Source: a virus. From it: 64,000 nt of DNA. The notes beneath the pieces were generated by a model. That model saw nothing but the letters and a program-made list of their open reading frames with translations. It was not told where the DNA came from and searched no databases. Below are positions 48,482-57,568 of this stretch, in pieces. Position 1 is the stretch's first letter. Every line of letters begins with the position of its first letter. The DNA lies in the IMG/VR virus record IMGVR_UViG_3300032893_000017, positions 33,319 through 97,318 of that record; one strand, 5' to 3'. The translations under genes were made by a program, and so were the position numbers.

Positions 48482-49027
48482 TTAGAATTCCAAATCAATT
48501 AATGGACGAATCTTTCTTCTTATTATGTTATGGACGCCTTGTGAACTAATTTCTAGACTTTCTGCTATATCATTTATCTCTTCGTTTTGCATTAACTTTT
48601 CAAACACTACCTTGGAATTCCCTTCCAATTTTTCTTTTATTCCATTCAAAAGCTGCATTGTTATTACCCTGTTTTCAAAATCTACATCGGACAGTAAGAT
48701 TGTATTATACCATGAATGCTTTTCTGTTTTTCCAGATTCGTCATTCTTTGATGTAAAATAGCAATCACTTAAATATAAACATTTCAGGTTTATTCTCTTT
48801 TGTCTATATTCTTTTTTAATCATACTTCTAGCAGAATTCTTTACAACAGTGATAAAGAAAGTATTTTCTTGTCCTCTATTCTTATCATACTTGTCTTTCT
48901 CTAGAAAACATCTAAGCAATAATTCTTGCTTAGCATCGTCTGCTTCTATTCCACATTTCCTCTCAACATCCCTGGAATAGTAGTCCACATTTTTTTTAAT
49001 TCTTTCCATTACCCTCACAAATTCCAT
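48482..49027 (-). CDS. Sigma-70 family (ECF-size) sigma factor
   Basis: EADDAKQE...YDKNRG...F region 2; DIAESLEISSQGVHNI region 4 HTH. Confidence 0.75.
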   Translation of the reverse strand: MEFVRVMERIKKNVDYYSRDVERKCGIEADDAKQELLLRCFLEKDKYDKNRGQENTFFITVVKNSARSMIKKEYRQKRINLKCLYLSDCYFTSKNDESGKTEKHSWYNTILLSDVDFENRVITMQLLNGIKEKLEGNSKVVFEKLMQNEEINDIAESLEISSQGVHNIIRRKIRPLIDLEF

Positions 49028-49066
49028 AAATAACTCCTTTAATTTATTTAAATGTTAAAAACATTT

Positions 49067-50017
49067 CTACAGTTTCCTTCTTATATAATCTTTAAATATT
49101 TCTTTCACTTCTTTTTCTGTTAAATCATTTGGGTCTTTATCTTCTGGGAGATATATTATCTCCGTTTTTAAATAGCCATTGATTCTTTTCTTTAATCCTT
49201 CTATCTCATTTTTAGATACATCTCCATCCAAACAAATAATTACTTTCTCACAAGTATTGATTAACTTATTTAATTGCCAATCACTTGGATGCTTTCCCGT
49301 CATTACAGCCGGAATATTAAACTGCTGGAGAAATATTGTATCTATTTCTCCCTCAACTATTATTAATTCTTTTTTATTCATAATATGTTTCAATCCAAAA
49401 AGAACTTTACCCACATCACTTCCTTTAACCTTCCTGACTTTGTCAATTTTATCACATTCTCCAGCATACCGAGCTGTTACTCCTATCAATTTTCCTGCTT
49501 CATCCTCTATTGGAATTATTATACGTCCTTCCCAATAATGCTCTATATCATTACAACACAATATTCCAAACTTCTCAATTGACTGTTTTGTTATTTTTCT
49601 ATTTAATAAATATTGAAGATACTGTCCTTGTGGTTTTACAAAATCTTTTAGAAAATCTCTTTTCATAGCTTTTGGCTTACCTATTTTGGTTTGTTCTTTG
49701 TTACTTAATTTTTCTAGCATCTTCTTCTTCAATTCTGGAACTTTAATTATCTTTTCTATTTTATCTTCATATAATTTTTCTGCCTGCTTGTATTTTATTT
49801 TATCTAGGAAAGAAATTAAAGTGAAAAAGTTTCCTACTTCTCCACAAGACAGACATTGATATAATCCACTATCTATATTTATACCCATAGAAGGATTTTC
49901 CTCATTATGGAAAACACAACAGACCATTAAATTGTCTCCCGATACTTTACCTGTTATATTTCTTTTTTCTAATTCCTCTTGAATATTTATTGTTTTAAGA
50001 ATATCACTATATCTCAA
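49067..50017 (-). CDS. dnaG: DNA primase (CHC2 zinc finger + TOPRIM)
   Basis: CVFHNEENPS..CLSC, RIIIPI, VEGEID, LDGD, KDPND. Confidence 0.9.
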   Translation of the reverse strand: MRYSDILKTINIQEELEKRNITGKVSGDNLMVCCVFHNEENPSMGINIDSGLYQCLSCGEVGNFFTLISFLDKIKYKQAEKLYEDKIEKIIKVPELKKKMLEKLSNKEQTKIGKPKAMKRDFLKDFVKPQGQYLQYLLNRKITKQSIEKFGILCCNDIEHYWEGRIIIPIEDEAGKLIGVTARYAGECDKIDKVRKVKGSDVGKVLFGLKHIMNKKELIIVEGEIDTIFLQQFNIPAVMTGKHPSDWQLNKLINTCEKVIICLDGDVSKNEIEGLKKRINGYLKTEIIYLPEDKDPNDLTEKEVKEIFKDYIRRKL

Positions 50018-50177
50018 AATAACCTCTTTCTTGTTTCAATAGAATTTAAAAGAATACTACAAATCTTCTTTTCTCTTTTTGTCATTGGTTTCTCTTCCTC
50101 TTTCAATAGTTCCTGATTAATATAATCAAATATCTTTTCATAGTTAAGAGATATACTTATATTTTTCTTTAAACTAT

Positions 50178-51554
50178 TCATTCTTCCTCCTCTTTAAATC
50201 TCTTTCCTTTATCGTCAATGCGCATATATGAAAAGTTTGGATGCAGGATAATTGATTTCTTTGGTATCTCTACATCCCTGCACTTTACTATCCATAATCC
50301 AAGCAAACTGTCTAATCCAGTTCCATCAATATCTGTTATTCCTAACAGTATTGGAAACACTTCTGAGATTCCTCTACTGTATTTCAAATGATATGCTTCT
50401 AGCTTTTTTACTTTGGAACCTTCATCTGTTAATTGGTTACAAGTTATCAATGCAAGTCCTTTCTTATCATCCCAATCCATTGTCATTCCTTTAAGCTCCC
50501 ATGCTATCTCAACTTGATTTTCCCATGCCTTAGAACTTTCCTTTGAAATTTTGTTTTGAGTCATTAGGTTAAGATAATCTACAAGCAATAGATCAACTGA
50601 TTGTTTCTTTTCATCTTGTATTCTCATCAATGCTGTTTCTATATCATTTGCTGTACAACCTCTTGGAAGTGAGATTGTTATAAAGTAGTTCTGTCTTTCT
50701 TCTCTTAACTGTTTTATTTTCTTTTCCCATTTTTCATATTCAAATATTCCCAATTCTCCTTTCCTGAATTTTTGGTGTTCTATGTCTGATAAATTACTGT
50801 CCATTCTTATTTCACTTTGCATCTTTGTCATTTCAAGATTAATATAAACAACATTGTAATTTAATTGCCAAGCATGTATCCCATTATTCATCAAGGCTAT
50901 ACTTTTACCCCCTCCTGTCTTTCTCATTATGCTTGCCATCTCCCCTTTATATATTCCCCCTCCCAGTTTATTGAATTCTTCAAAACAAGTCGGTATTATA
51001 ATTCTGCTTTTATTTTTCTTGAGTTCCTTCATATATTCTTTTCTTTTTTCATAGCCCTCAAGATACTCACCTTCTTCTCCACTTAAATGTGATCTCCTTT
51101 CCATAAAGAAATAATTAAACTTTTTTGATGTTTCTTCTAGATTAAATGTTTCTACATTATCCAAACATTCGTCTATTAGATTAAATAATTTTCTGCTATC
51201 GCATTTCTCTCTAAGCTTTTTGATCAGTGCTGATATATTTTTTGTTGTAATACTTTTTAAATCAATTTCGTAAACTTTGATAATATATGATTTGTATATT
51301 TCTAATTCTTGTTTTAATTCTTTTTTATTTTTAATTTCTCCATAAAAGATATCTTTTGGAAATTCCATTCTTTTTTCTTTAACTATATCTACAAACTTTC
51401 TAAATGGTTGGACAGTAAAATATTCTTCTTTTAGCTGCTCACTTGCTCTCCAATCTTTTCTAAGACAGTAAGCTATAATACTTGTTTCTAACTTAATAGA
51501 ACGAAATTGTCTCTCAATTAAATTCTCTACATTTTCTTTTTCTTGTCTTTCCAT
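50178..51554 (-). CDS. dnaB: DnaB-like replicative helicase
   Basis: TGGGKS, NLEM, VDYLNL, NQ, KCR. Confidence 0.88.
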   Translation of the reverse strand: MERQEKENVENLIERQFRSIKLETSIIAYCLRKDWRASEQLKEEYFTVQPFRKFVDIVKEKRMEFPKDIFYGEIKNKKELKQELEIYKSYIIKVYEIDLKSITTKNISALIKKLREKCDSRKLFNLIDECLDNVETFNLEETSKKFNYFFMERRSHLSGEEGEYLEGYEKRKEYMKELKKNKSRIIIPTCFEEFNKLGGGIYKGEMASIMRKTGGGKSIALMNNGIHAWQLNYNVVYINLEMTKMQSEIRMDSNLSDIEHQKFRKGELGIFEYEKWEKKIKQLREERQNYFITISLPRGCTANDIETALMRIQDEKKQSVDLLLVDYLNLMTQNKISKESSKAWENQVEIAWELKGMTMDWDDKKGLALITCNQLTDEGSKVKKLEAYHLKYSRGISEVFPILLGITDIDGTGLDSLLGLWIVKCRDVEIPKKSIILHPNFSYMRIDDKGKRFKEEEE

Positions 51555-51702
51555 GTTTTGATCCTCATATTCTCAGTAGAATAATAAATATCATCTTCTC
51601 CATAAACTACATACAACTTTTTTGATATCTTCTTACATAATATTTTATCCATACGATAGAACTTATCCCCTTTTTTTAATTCCCCAAATATGTGCATCTT
51701 GT

Positions 51703-52536
51703 TTACTCATATATCTTAAAATGTTCATTGTACAATCTCTCTTGATCTATATATTCGTTCTTATAATATTCCTTCGCCATGTTTACAATATTTGGATGGA
51801 AATAATTATATCCTTGTTGAATTTGCTTATCTATCTCTTCGTTCTTTTTACCTGAATAATCTGTTCCTTCAAATTCTATTATTTTTAAATATCTTCTTAA
51901 CAATGAACCTAACTGCATTTCTTTTTCTATTTCTTCTAGAGTAGAATTGGAACAAACAATTATAGTTTTACCAAGAGGAAGAAGGCTTCTAAAAAAAGAA
52001 TCTATTTTCTTTTTAAGTGGTGAATTTTCTTTCATCATTATCTTGTCTAGTTCATCCACAATTATAACATCTGAATTTTTTATCCTTTCAATTATTTGCT
52101 TATCGTCTGTAAAAGAATTATCTATAATGTTAGAAAGAAGATCGTAATAAACTTCTAGTCTTAATGTAATTGCTTTCTTTGCTAACTCACAAGCTACTGA
52201 AGTCTTTCCTACCCCTCTTGTTGCAGAAGCCAAAAATAAACCTTTACCATTTTCTATAGCGTTTTTAAAGTTATCATAATAAAGGTTTATTATAATTCTC
52301 ACTTTCTCATTTAAAGCTAGATTCTTTAAACTTAACTGCCAGTAATCTAAAGGAATGTTGGAATAGATTAAATTAGCTACATACCCCAATACTTGCATGC
52401 ACATACAGTGCATAAGACTGTGGTCCTTAGTATAGATATATCCTTCTCCATTACACTGCTTATGACTAAGAACTATTTTTTGCTTGATACCTTTCAGTTT
52501 AGCAATCTGTTTTTCACTCAATTCAAAATTAAACAT
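51703..52536 (-). CDS. DnaC/IstB-like helicase loader ATPase
   Basis: HKQCNGEG..HCMC zinc site, GVGKT, VDELDK, CSN. Confidence 0.85.
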   Translation of the reverse strand: MFNFELSEKQIAKLKGIKQKIVLSHKQCNGEGYIYTKDHSLMHCMCMQVLGYVANLIYSNIPLDYWQLSLKNLALNEKVRIIINLYYDNFKNAIENGKGLFLASATRGVGKTSVACELAKKAITLRLEVYYDLLSNIIDNSFTDDKQIIERIKNSDVIIVDELDKIMMKENSPLKKKIDSFFRSLLPLGKTIIVCSNSTLEEIEKEMQLGSLLRRYLKIIEFEGTDYSGKKNEEIDKQIQQGYNYFHPNIVNMAKEYYKNEYIDQERLYNEHFKIYE

Positions 52537-53770
52537 TATTCCCCTCCGTCTCTTTTATCAATCTAAGCTTAACATTTTTTAAATATTCTTTTTTATTATT
52601 TGTTATAATCATAATTTTATTTTTGTCATCAAAACTAAATGCTCCATCTTCTGTATATTCTTTAAAAAATTTGTAAGTCTCATCATCTATTTTTTCTGAA
52701 CCTGTATTATTGCTTTTTAAACTTTTGTAAGCTAATTTTAAAGAAGGAATTCGTTCTTTATCTGAATAAAATTTCATATCATCATCATACATTCTTTCTT
52801 TTCTACGAAGTCCTAATTTTATCCATTCTTCATCTGTCATATCTTTTCCATTTGAACGGTATTTCTTTTTTGAGGAATCTAAAGAGGATTTAAATCCTTT
52901 TAAAAAATCATTAAGACAAAAATGAAGGAATCCTAAATTAAAATTATCACACGGTCTTATTTTGTTTTTTAAAAACCATTTTATAAAACTATCTAACTCT
53001 AAATTATTATTCTTTAATTCATCTAGCAAATCAAGAACATAATTTTGATCTTTTAAAGTATATATTATTTCTCTACGATTTATTCCTTTTGTATGTGACA
53101 TCCATCTAGGATGGGCTAAACAAACTTGATATATATATTTCCATTTTTCTATAGCTTCTTTATTTATGTTAAATTCTATATTAGACTTTTTAAAATTCAA
53201 TTCTTTTTTTGTTTCTAGAGGAATATAGTTCTTTTTATATTCAACGATATTGAAATCTTTTATTTTTTCTAAAATAGAGTTTTTCTTATTAACTGAGTTA
53301 ATGTCGTTTACTGTATCAATACTTATATTATTCTTTACTATACTATCTTTATTTATATTAGTTTCTTTATTAGTATTAGTATTAGTATTAGTATTAGTAT
53401 TAGTATTGTTAGGGTAAACGTCGTTAACTGAGTTAATGCAGTTTACTCGGTTTTTAATATTCAATAAAGTGTATTGATTGCTCACATATTTTTGATGGTT
53501 TTTGGTTTTAATTTTATCTATTTTAATTATATTCTTTTCTACTAGATCTTTTAAAGAAGAAACTACTTTTGGTTTTGAAGTTTTACATTTTTCACATATA
53601 TACTTTAAAGAAGGAAAGCAAACACTTTTATCAGACATTCTAACCAATAAACAATATATTTGAAATGTATAACAATCTAATTTAAAATCAAAAATCTCAT
53701 TATCAATTATAAAAAAATTCTGTTTTCTTTCGTCTTTTACAACTATAACACTATCTAAATTTCCTCTCAT
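52529..53770 (-). CDS. Phage replication initiator (N-terminal winged HTH)
   Basis: FFIIDN..CFPSLKYI..SKPKVVSSLKDL..SNQY; NT-repeat linker; upstream of the loader. Confidence 0.75.
   Translation of the reverse strand: MRGNLDSVIVVKDERKQNFFIIDNEIFDFKLDCYTFQIYCLLVRMSDKSVCFPSLKYICEKCKTSKPKVVSSLKDLVEKNIIKIDKIKTKNHQKYVSNQYTLLNIKNRVNCINSVNDVYPNNTNTNTNTNTNTNKETNINKDSIVKNNISIDTVNDINSVNKKNSILEKIKDFNIVEYKKNYIPLETKKELNFKKSNIEFNINKEAIEKWKYIYQVCLAHPRWMSHTKGINRREIIYTLKDQNYVLDLLDELKNNNLELDSFIKWFLKNKIRPCDNFNLGFLHFCLNDFLKGFKSSLDSSKKKYRSNGKDMTDEEWIKLGLRRKERMYDDDMKFYSDKERIPSLKLAYKSLKSNNTGSEKIDDETYKFFKEYTEDGAFSFDDKNKIMIITNNKKEYLKNVKLRLIKETEGNNV
53289..53447. repeat. Putative replication origin inside the initiator gene
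   Basis: TTAACTGAGTTAATGnnGTTTACT at 53289-53312 and 53424-53447 flanking (TATTAG)6 at 53368-53403. Confidence 0.55.
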
Positions 53771-53788
53771 ATATTTTCCTCTAGAAAA

Positions 53789-53930
53789 TAAAAAAGCACT
53801 ATTTAAGACCGTTTATCAATACAATTTTGCATTCTTGTTCGGGGAGGAACAATATGACGGACTGTATTGGGCGGTCTTAAATAGTGCCTCTAATATAATT
53901 TAGCCGTCATTTGTTATTCCCTCCCCCCAA
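53789..53930 (-). ncRNA. CI/C4-like structured leader RNA with an internal antisense target
   Basis: 16-bp perfect inverted repeat 53796-53811/53872-53887 plus U-tract; segment 53841-53860 complementary to 53904-53926. Confidence 0.6.
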
Positions 53931-53939
53931 GATATTTCA

Positions 53940-53968
53940 AATATAAAATATTGCAAAATAAAAGTAAA
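53940..53968 (-). promoter_or_regulatory. Sigma70-like promoter of the replication operon leader
   Basis: TTTACT-N17-TATATT. Confidence 0.45.
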
Positions 53969-54012
53969 CAAAAATATATAAAAATGTTTATAAATGCTGT
54001 ATAGAACAATAT

Positions 54013-54444
54013 TTAGATAGGATTTTTATTAAAGAATTTATTGTAATAATTAAAGTCTTTTTTCAATAATAATTGTTGGTGTTTTGTACAAAATTCTTCT
54101 GTTAAATGCTCAGGTATCCAATTTTCATCTAGTGAAATAAATAAAACATGCCATTTATCAAAGTATTTAAATAATCTCTGACATTTGTGTTCTTTGTTTT
54201 TTCTTTTTTTATATTCATAAAGAATAAAAAATAAATAATCAACTAAATATAGTAAGCCTTTGTAGTCATAATATAATTTTGTTGTAGGATGATTATAAAT
54301 ATATTTTGGAATTTTCCATCCAACATCTACCTTAGTATTTGCTGATAATATCTGTATCACTTCAATAATTTGTTTTGCGAGTCTGCGATTATCTAAGCAA
54401 CGAGCAGTTTTATATGGTTGAACGTAAGGTACAAAAATTTGCAT
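54013..54444 (-). CDS. Pyrimidine dimer DNA glycosylase (DenV/endonuclease V-like)
   Basis: MQIFVPY..ARCLDNRRLAKQIIE..NHP..H...LLKKD..YY; likely start 54444 with AAGGA SD (track starts at 54495). Confidence 0.8.
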   Translation of the reverse strand: MQIFVPYVQPYKTARCLDNRRLAKQIIEVIQILSANTKVDVGWKIPKYIYNHPTTKLYYDYKGLLYLVDYLFFILYEYKKRKNKEHKCQRLFKYFDKWHVLFISLDENWIPEHLTEEFCTKHQQLLLKKDFNYYNKFFNKNPI

Positions 54445-54454
54445 CTGATCCTTC

Positions 54455-55288
54455 TTATATTTTGATGGATAGATGACCTCTTCTATTATGGCCACGATAA
54501 AATAATTTATTGCATTTTAATCCACAACCACATAAACATGCATCTTGCATTTTTCCAATCCTATTCCATTTTTGTTGTTTAGTTACATATATCCTACCAC
54601 GTATTTTTAACATTCTTTTTTCTATATGTTCTCGTGATTGGGATTTACCTAACTTTGCTTTTCTTAATTTTTGTCTATGCTCTTCACTTTTTTGTTTACC
54701 TTTATGCAAGTTGCTTAATTTCAGCTTATGTTCCTCTGAAAATTTTTTCCCTTTATGAGATTTACTCATTTTTTGTCTAGTTGATTTTGATACTTTAGTA
54801 TTTAATAACGCAGATATTCTTTCCCCTGTTTTATATTTTTCTTTTAATGTTTTACTGATTTTGTTTTTAAAATCTTCTGATCTTTTCCTGTTTTTTAGTT
54901 TTTGTCTTATTTTTTCTTTTGTATCTTCTGTTAATTTTTTACCTTTATTTTGGCCACCGTTATTGCCTAGTCCACCAAGACCTATATTATATAATATGTG
55001 TCCATTTTGTTTAAAATATTGAATCCAGAATCTTTCTAAAAAATTTAAATTATATCTATATGAAATATTTAAAATTTCTTTTATAAAATATTTATTCCCA
55101 TACTTTTTAATTGCTCTCTTTATAATTTTTCCTGAACCATAATACTCTTTAGTTTTAAGAGGTAGCCTTTTTCTTTGTCCTATATAGATTTTATTATTAA
55201 TTAAATTTGTAATTTTATAAATGTAACCTAACTTATCGGAATTTGCATAAGGCATAAACACTTGCATATTCTTTTCCTGTAAATACAT
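54455..55288 (-). CDS. GIY-YIG homing endonuclease with NUMOD3 repeats
   Basis: GYIYKITN..KIYIGQ, YYGSG, E..WI, YN; SEEHKLKLS-type repeats; C-terminal CLCGCG..GHN; likely start 55267. Confidence 0.9.
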   Translation of the reverse strand: MYLQEKNMQVFMPYANSDKLGYIYKITNLINNKIYIGQRKRLPLKTKEYYGSGKIIKRAIKKYGNKYFIKEILNISYRYNLNFLERFWIQYFKQNGHILYNIGLGGLGNNGGQNKGKKLTEDTKEKIRQKLKNRKRSEDFKNKISKTLKEKYKTGERISALLNTKVSKSTRQKMSKSHKGKKFSEEHKLKLSNLHKGKQKSEEHRQKLRKAKLGKSQSREHIEKRMLKIRGRIYVTKQQKWNRIGKMQDACLCGCGLKCNKLFYRGHNRRGHLSIKI

Positions 55289-55923
55289 TAAAATCCTGTG
55301 GTTGTGGTTGTTGAGCTTGTTCCACCTAAAAATTGAAAATTAGTCCATTGAGTATTTAAATCTTTATCTATTCTGTATTTGTATTCTTTTAGGATTTCTA
55401 ATGCTTCTTCATGATGTTTTATTTTCTTTTCTAGCATTGAAATAGAATTCTTATTTATGTCTACTTTTTGGTTTAGGCTGATTGTAAATATGTTATCTTT
55501 TTCTTTGTGTTGTATTCTACAAATCATTTCTTGGATATTACTGTTTGATTTTCTTATCTTGTCTATTTCATTTTTGAAGTTTTTTGTTGCTGTTTCTATT
55601 GTATCTTTCATCAGCTTAAATACATCTCTTGTTTTGACATTATCCACAGACATTAAAACTGCTTCAAATATATTTGCTAATATTTCTAATGGAATTGACT
55701 GTTCACTTCTTGCTGACTCGTCTATCTTTCCAGTTTCGTCGTATATTTTCCGTGTTATTGGATTGATTAAAGTTTTGTAGTATTTATTTGCTTTTTCAAA
55801 TTCTTCTCTATTTCCATTTGCATCCGGATGTGACTTTTTTGCTTTTCTACGATAAGCTTTTTTAATATCCTTTTCAGTTGCATTTTTCTTTAGTTCAAAA
55901 AAATTATATATCTCGTCTTTCAT
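55288..55923 (-). CDS. DnaJ (J-domain) protein
   Basis: IKKAYRRKAKKSHPD...R..YD. Confidence 0.88.
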   Translation of the reverse strand: MKDEIYNFFELKKNATEKDIKKAYRRKAKKSHPDANGNREEFEKANKYYKTLINPITRKIYDETGKIDESARSEQSIPLEILANIFEAVLMSVDNVKTRDVFKLMKDTIETATKNFKNEIDKIRKSNSNIQEMICRIQHKEKDNIFTISLNQKVDINKNSISMLEKKIKHHEEALEILKEYKYRIDKDLNTQWTNFQFLGGTSSTTTTTGF

Positions 55924-56088
55924 TTTATTTTCCTTAATTCTTTATCTAGTTTATCCAAAACTTCTTTAACTGAAGTTACAACCATAATTATTTTTTCTTT
56001 TATTTTTACAGTAACAAGTTTCTTTTCTTCATGTGTAATATAAAAAGAAATACTTCCTTGGTGCTTGGAAAGGTATCTTAATAATCTT

Positions 56089-56301
56089 TCATATTTTTCC
56101 ATTGTCTTTTTCTCCTTTCAATAAATAGTTGTATTTTCTAAAGTGGTCTTCACAAGCATATTTAATGAATGCGGACATTGATATTCCTCTAAGTTCTGAA
56201 AGTTCTTTTAGTTGTTTTTTGAAGTTTGTTGAGATGGCAATCAAAATACGTTGTTCTGTTGAATTCTTTAAATAATTTCTATACCACTTTCTCTTTTCCA
56301 T
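56089..56301 (-). CDS. Ribbon-helix-helix (CopG-like) regulator
   Basis: RILIAIS..FKKQLKELS..RGISMSAFIKYA. Confidence 0.65.
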   Translation of the reverse strand: MEKRKWYRNYLKNSTEQRILIAISTNFKKQLKELSELRGISMSAFIKYACEDHFRKYNYLLKGEKDNGKI

Positions 56302-56379
56302 AATTTAAATAAAGAGGGAAGGAAAAAGGAGTTATCTATTTCCAAAACCTTCCCTTGAAACAAAAATTTTACTAATTAA

Positions 56380-56411
56380 ATTATATAACTTTTCTATTGA
56401 TTTTGTAACAA
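56380..56411 (-). promoter_or_regulatory. Phage promoter motif (copy 5)
   Basis: TTGTTACA-N16-TATATAAT at the head of the replication block. Confidence 0.75.
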
Positions 56412-56547
56412 AAAACAGCTCTTTTTTAAAGATTTTTGGTTAAATAGTATAGTTTATACTGTTTCTGGATTTATCGTTTAAAAAAGCCTATTTATAAGGG
56501 GATTTAGAGGGTATTTTTTGGGTGGTTTTGACTACTGTTTTGAGGAT

Positions 56548-56574
56548 AAAAAAAGAGGAACTAAAAAGTTCCTC
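56548..56574 (-). terminator. Rho-independent terminator
   Basis: GAGGAACT-TTTT-AGTTCCTC followed by T7 on the minus strand. Confidence 0.8.
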
Positions 56575-56584
56575 CAATTTGTTG

Positions 56585-57088
56585 TTAATAATAATGATAT
56601 TCTGAAATTAACCATCCAATTTGATCGTAATCAATTATTTCTATAATACTTTTTACTTTTTCTTTTGCATAGTCATTTCCATTAACTCTAGGATAAGAAT
56701 GGGTTTTGCCACTTTCCATAGTAGCTATAACTAATTGTCCTTTATCATGGAAAAGTTTTCTATATAATGCTAAAAATAATACTGCCTGATCTGTACATAT
56801 TCCACTTCCTTTTTCTATTGTTTCTTCAGGCAACTGAATTCCCTGATTAAACCAAACATAACTTCTGTCTTGTATTTCATTTTTCTCTGTATTGTAAACA
56901 ATACCATTTGGAATATTTCCATATATATAATTTTCTAATCCATAAACATCTGTTATAGTAAAAGGAATTTTATTTAAATTGACATGATCCCAATTGTTAA
57001 TTTGATCCATTGTTAATGAACATGATACAGAAAATAAAATCAATAGTGCCATGATTACCCTCAATGTCAATGATTTTAATTTCTTCAT
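56585..57088 (-). CDS. Lipoprotein with transglutaminase/papain-like Cys-His-Asp domain
   Basis: LFSVSC lipobox; GSGICTDQA, THSY, NDY. Confidence 0.65.
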   Translation of the reverse strand: MKKLKSLTLRVIMALLILFSVSCSLTMDQINNWDHVNLNKIPFTITDVYGLENYIYGNIPNGIVYNTEKNEIQDRSYVWFNQGIQLPEETIEKGSGICTDQAVLFLALYRKLFHDKGQLVIATMESGKTHSYPRVNGNDYAKEKVKSIIEIIDYDQIGWLISEYHYY

Positions 57089-57103
57089 TTTGTTTCTCCT
57101 TAA

Positions 57104-57143
57104 ATAAAAAATACTGTAAGGAAGTTATTTCCCTTACAGTATT
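57104..57143 (-). terminator. Rho-independent terminator ending the lysis cassette
   Basis: AATACTGTAAGG...CCTTACAGTATT stem plus T-run. Confidence 0.75.
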
Positions 57144-57184
57144 ATTATACAAATGAGATTGGATTAATTAACCAGAATGTTAAA

Positions 57185-57568
57185 TTATTTTTTAGCTAAA
57201 TTATAGCACATTATTCCTAAAGCTGCTGCTAATAGACTTGTCCCTACATCAAAACTTATTGTTATTCCCAAAACTGTTTTTAATTGGAAGTTTGTTATTT
57301 CTAGCTTTTCTAACTGTTTAATCTTCTCATCTTTTATTGTCAGCAAGTCTTGATAATAGATATAGTCATTCAAGTCAAGCATCAATTGGGTATATCCAGA
57401 GTATGGTATAAAGAATCCCTCTACACCTTGATAGGTTATCTTTTGAAGTTGAAATGTTGTAATGTAAGAATTTAGTCTTTCTTTTTGCTTGTCTGGGAGT
57501 TTGTCTTCACTTGATAGTCCCATCGTTATTATAGTCATTATAATGAGAATCATTAATAATTTTTTCAT
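57185..57568 (-). CDS. Secreted/membrane coiled-coil protein (spanin-like lysis accessory)
   Basis: Signal peptide, coiled coil, C-terminal TM; overlaps the upstream TM gene. Confidence 0.4.
   Translation of the reverse strand: MKKLLMILIIMTIITMGLSSEDKLPDKQKERLNSYITTFQLQKITYQGVEGFFIPYSGYTQLMLDLNDYIYYQDLLTIKDEKIKQLEKLEITNFQLKTVLGITISFDVGTSLLAAALGIMCYNLAKK

Noticed and set aside
19447-51554. Inteins in terminase, RecA, polymerase or helicase
   Set aside because: Protein lengths are ordinary and I saw no intein N-terminal/HN-C-terminal or LAGLIDADG blocks; the acidic insert in RecA is only a short low-complexity loop
54455-55288. Group I intron carrying the GIY-YIG endonuclease
   Set aside because: No non-coding room for a ribozyme core; the downstream glycosylase has its own complete N-terminus and SD
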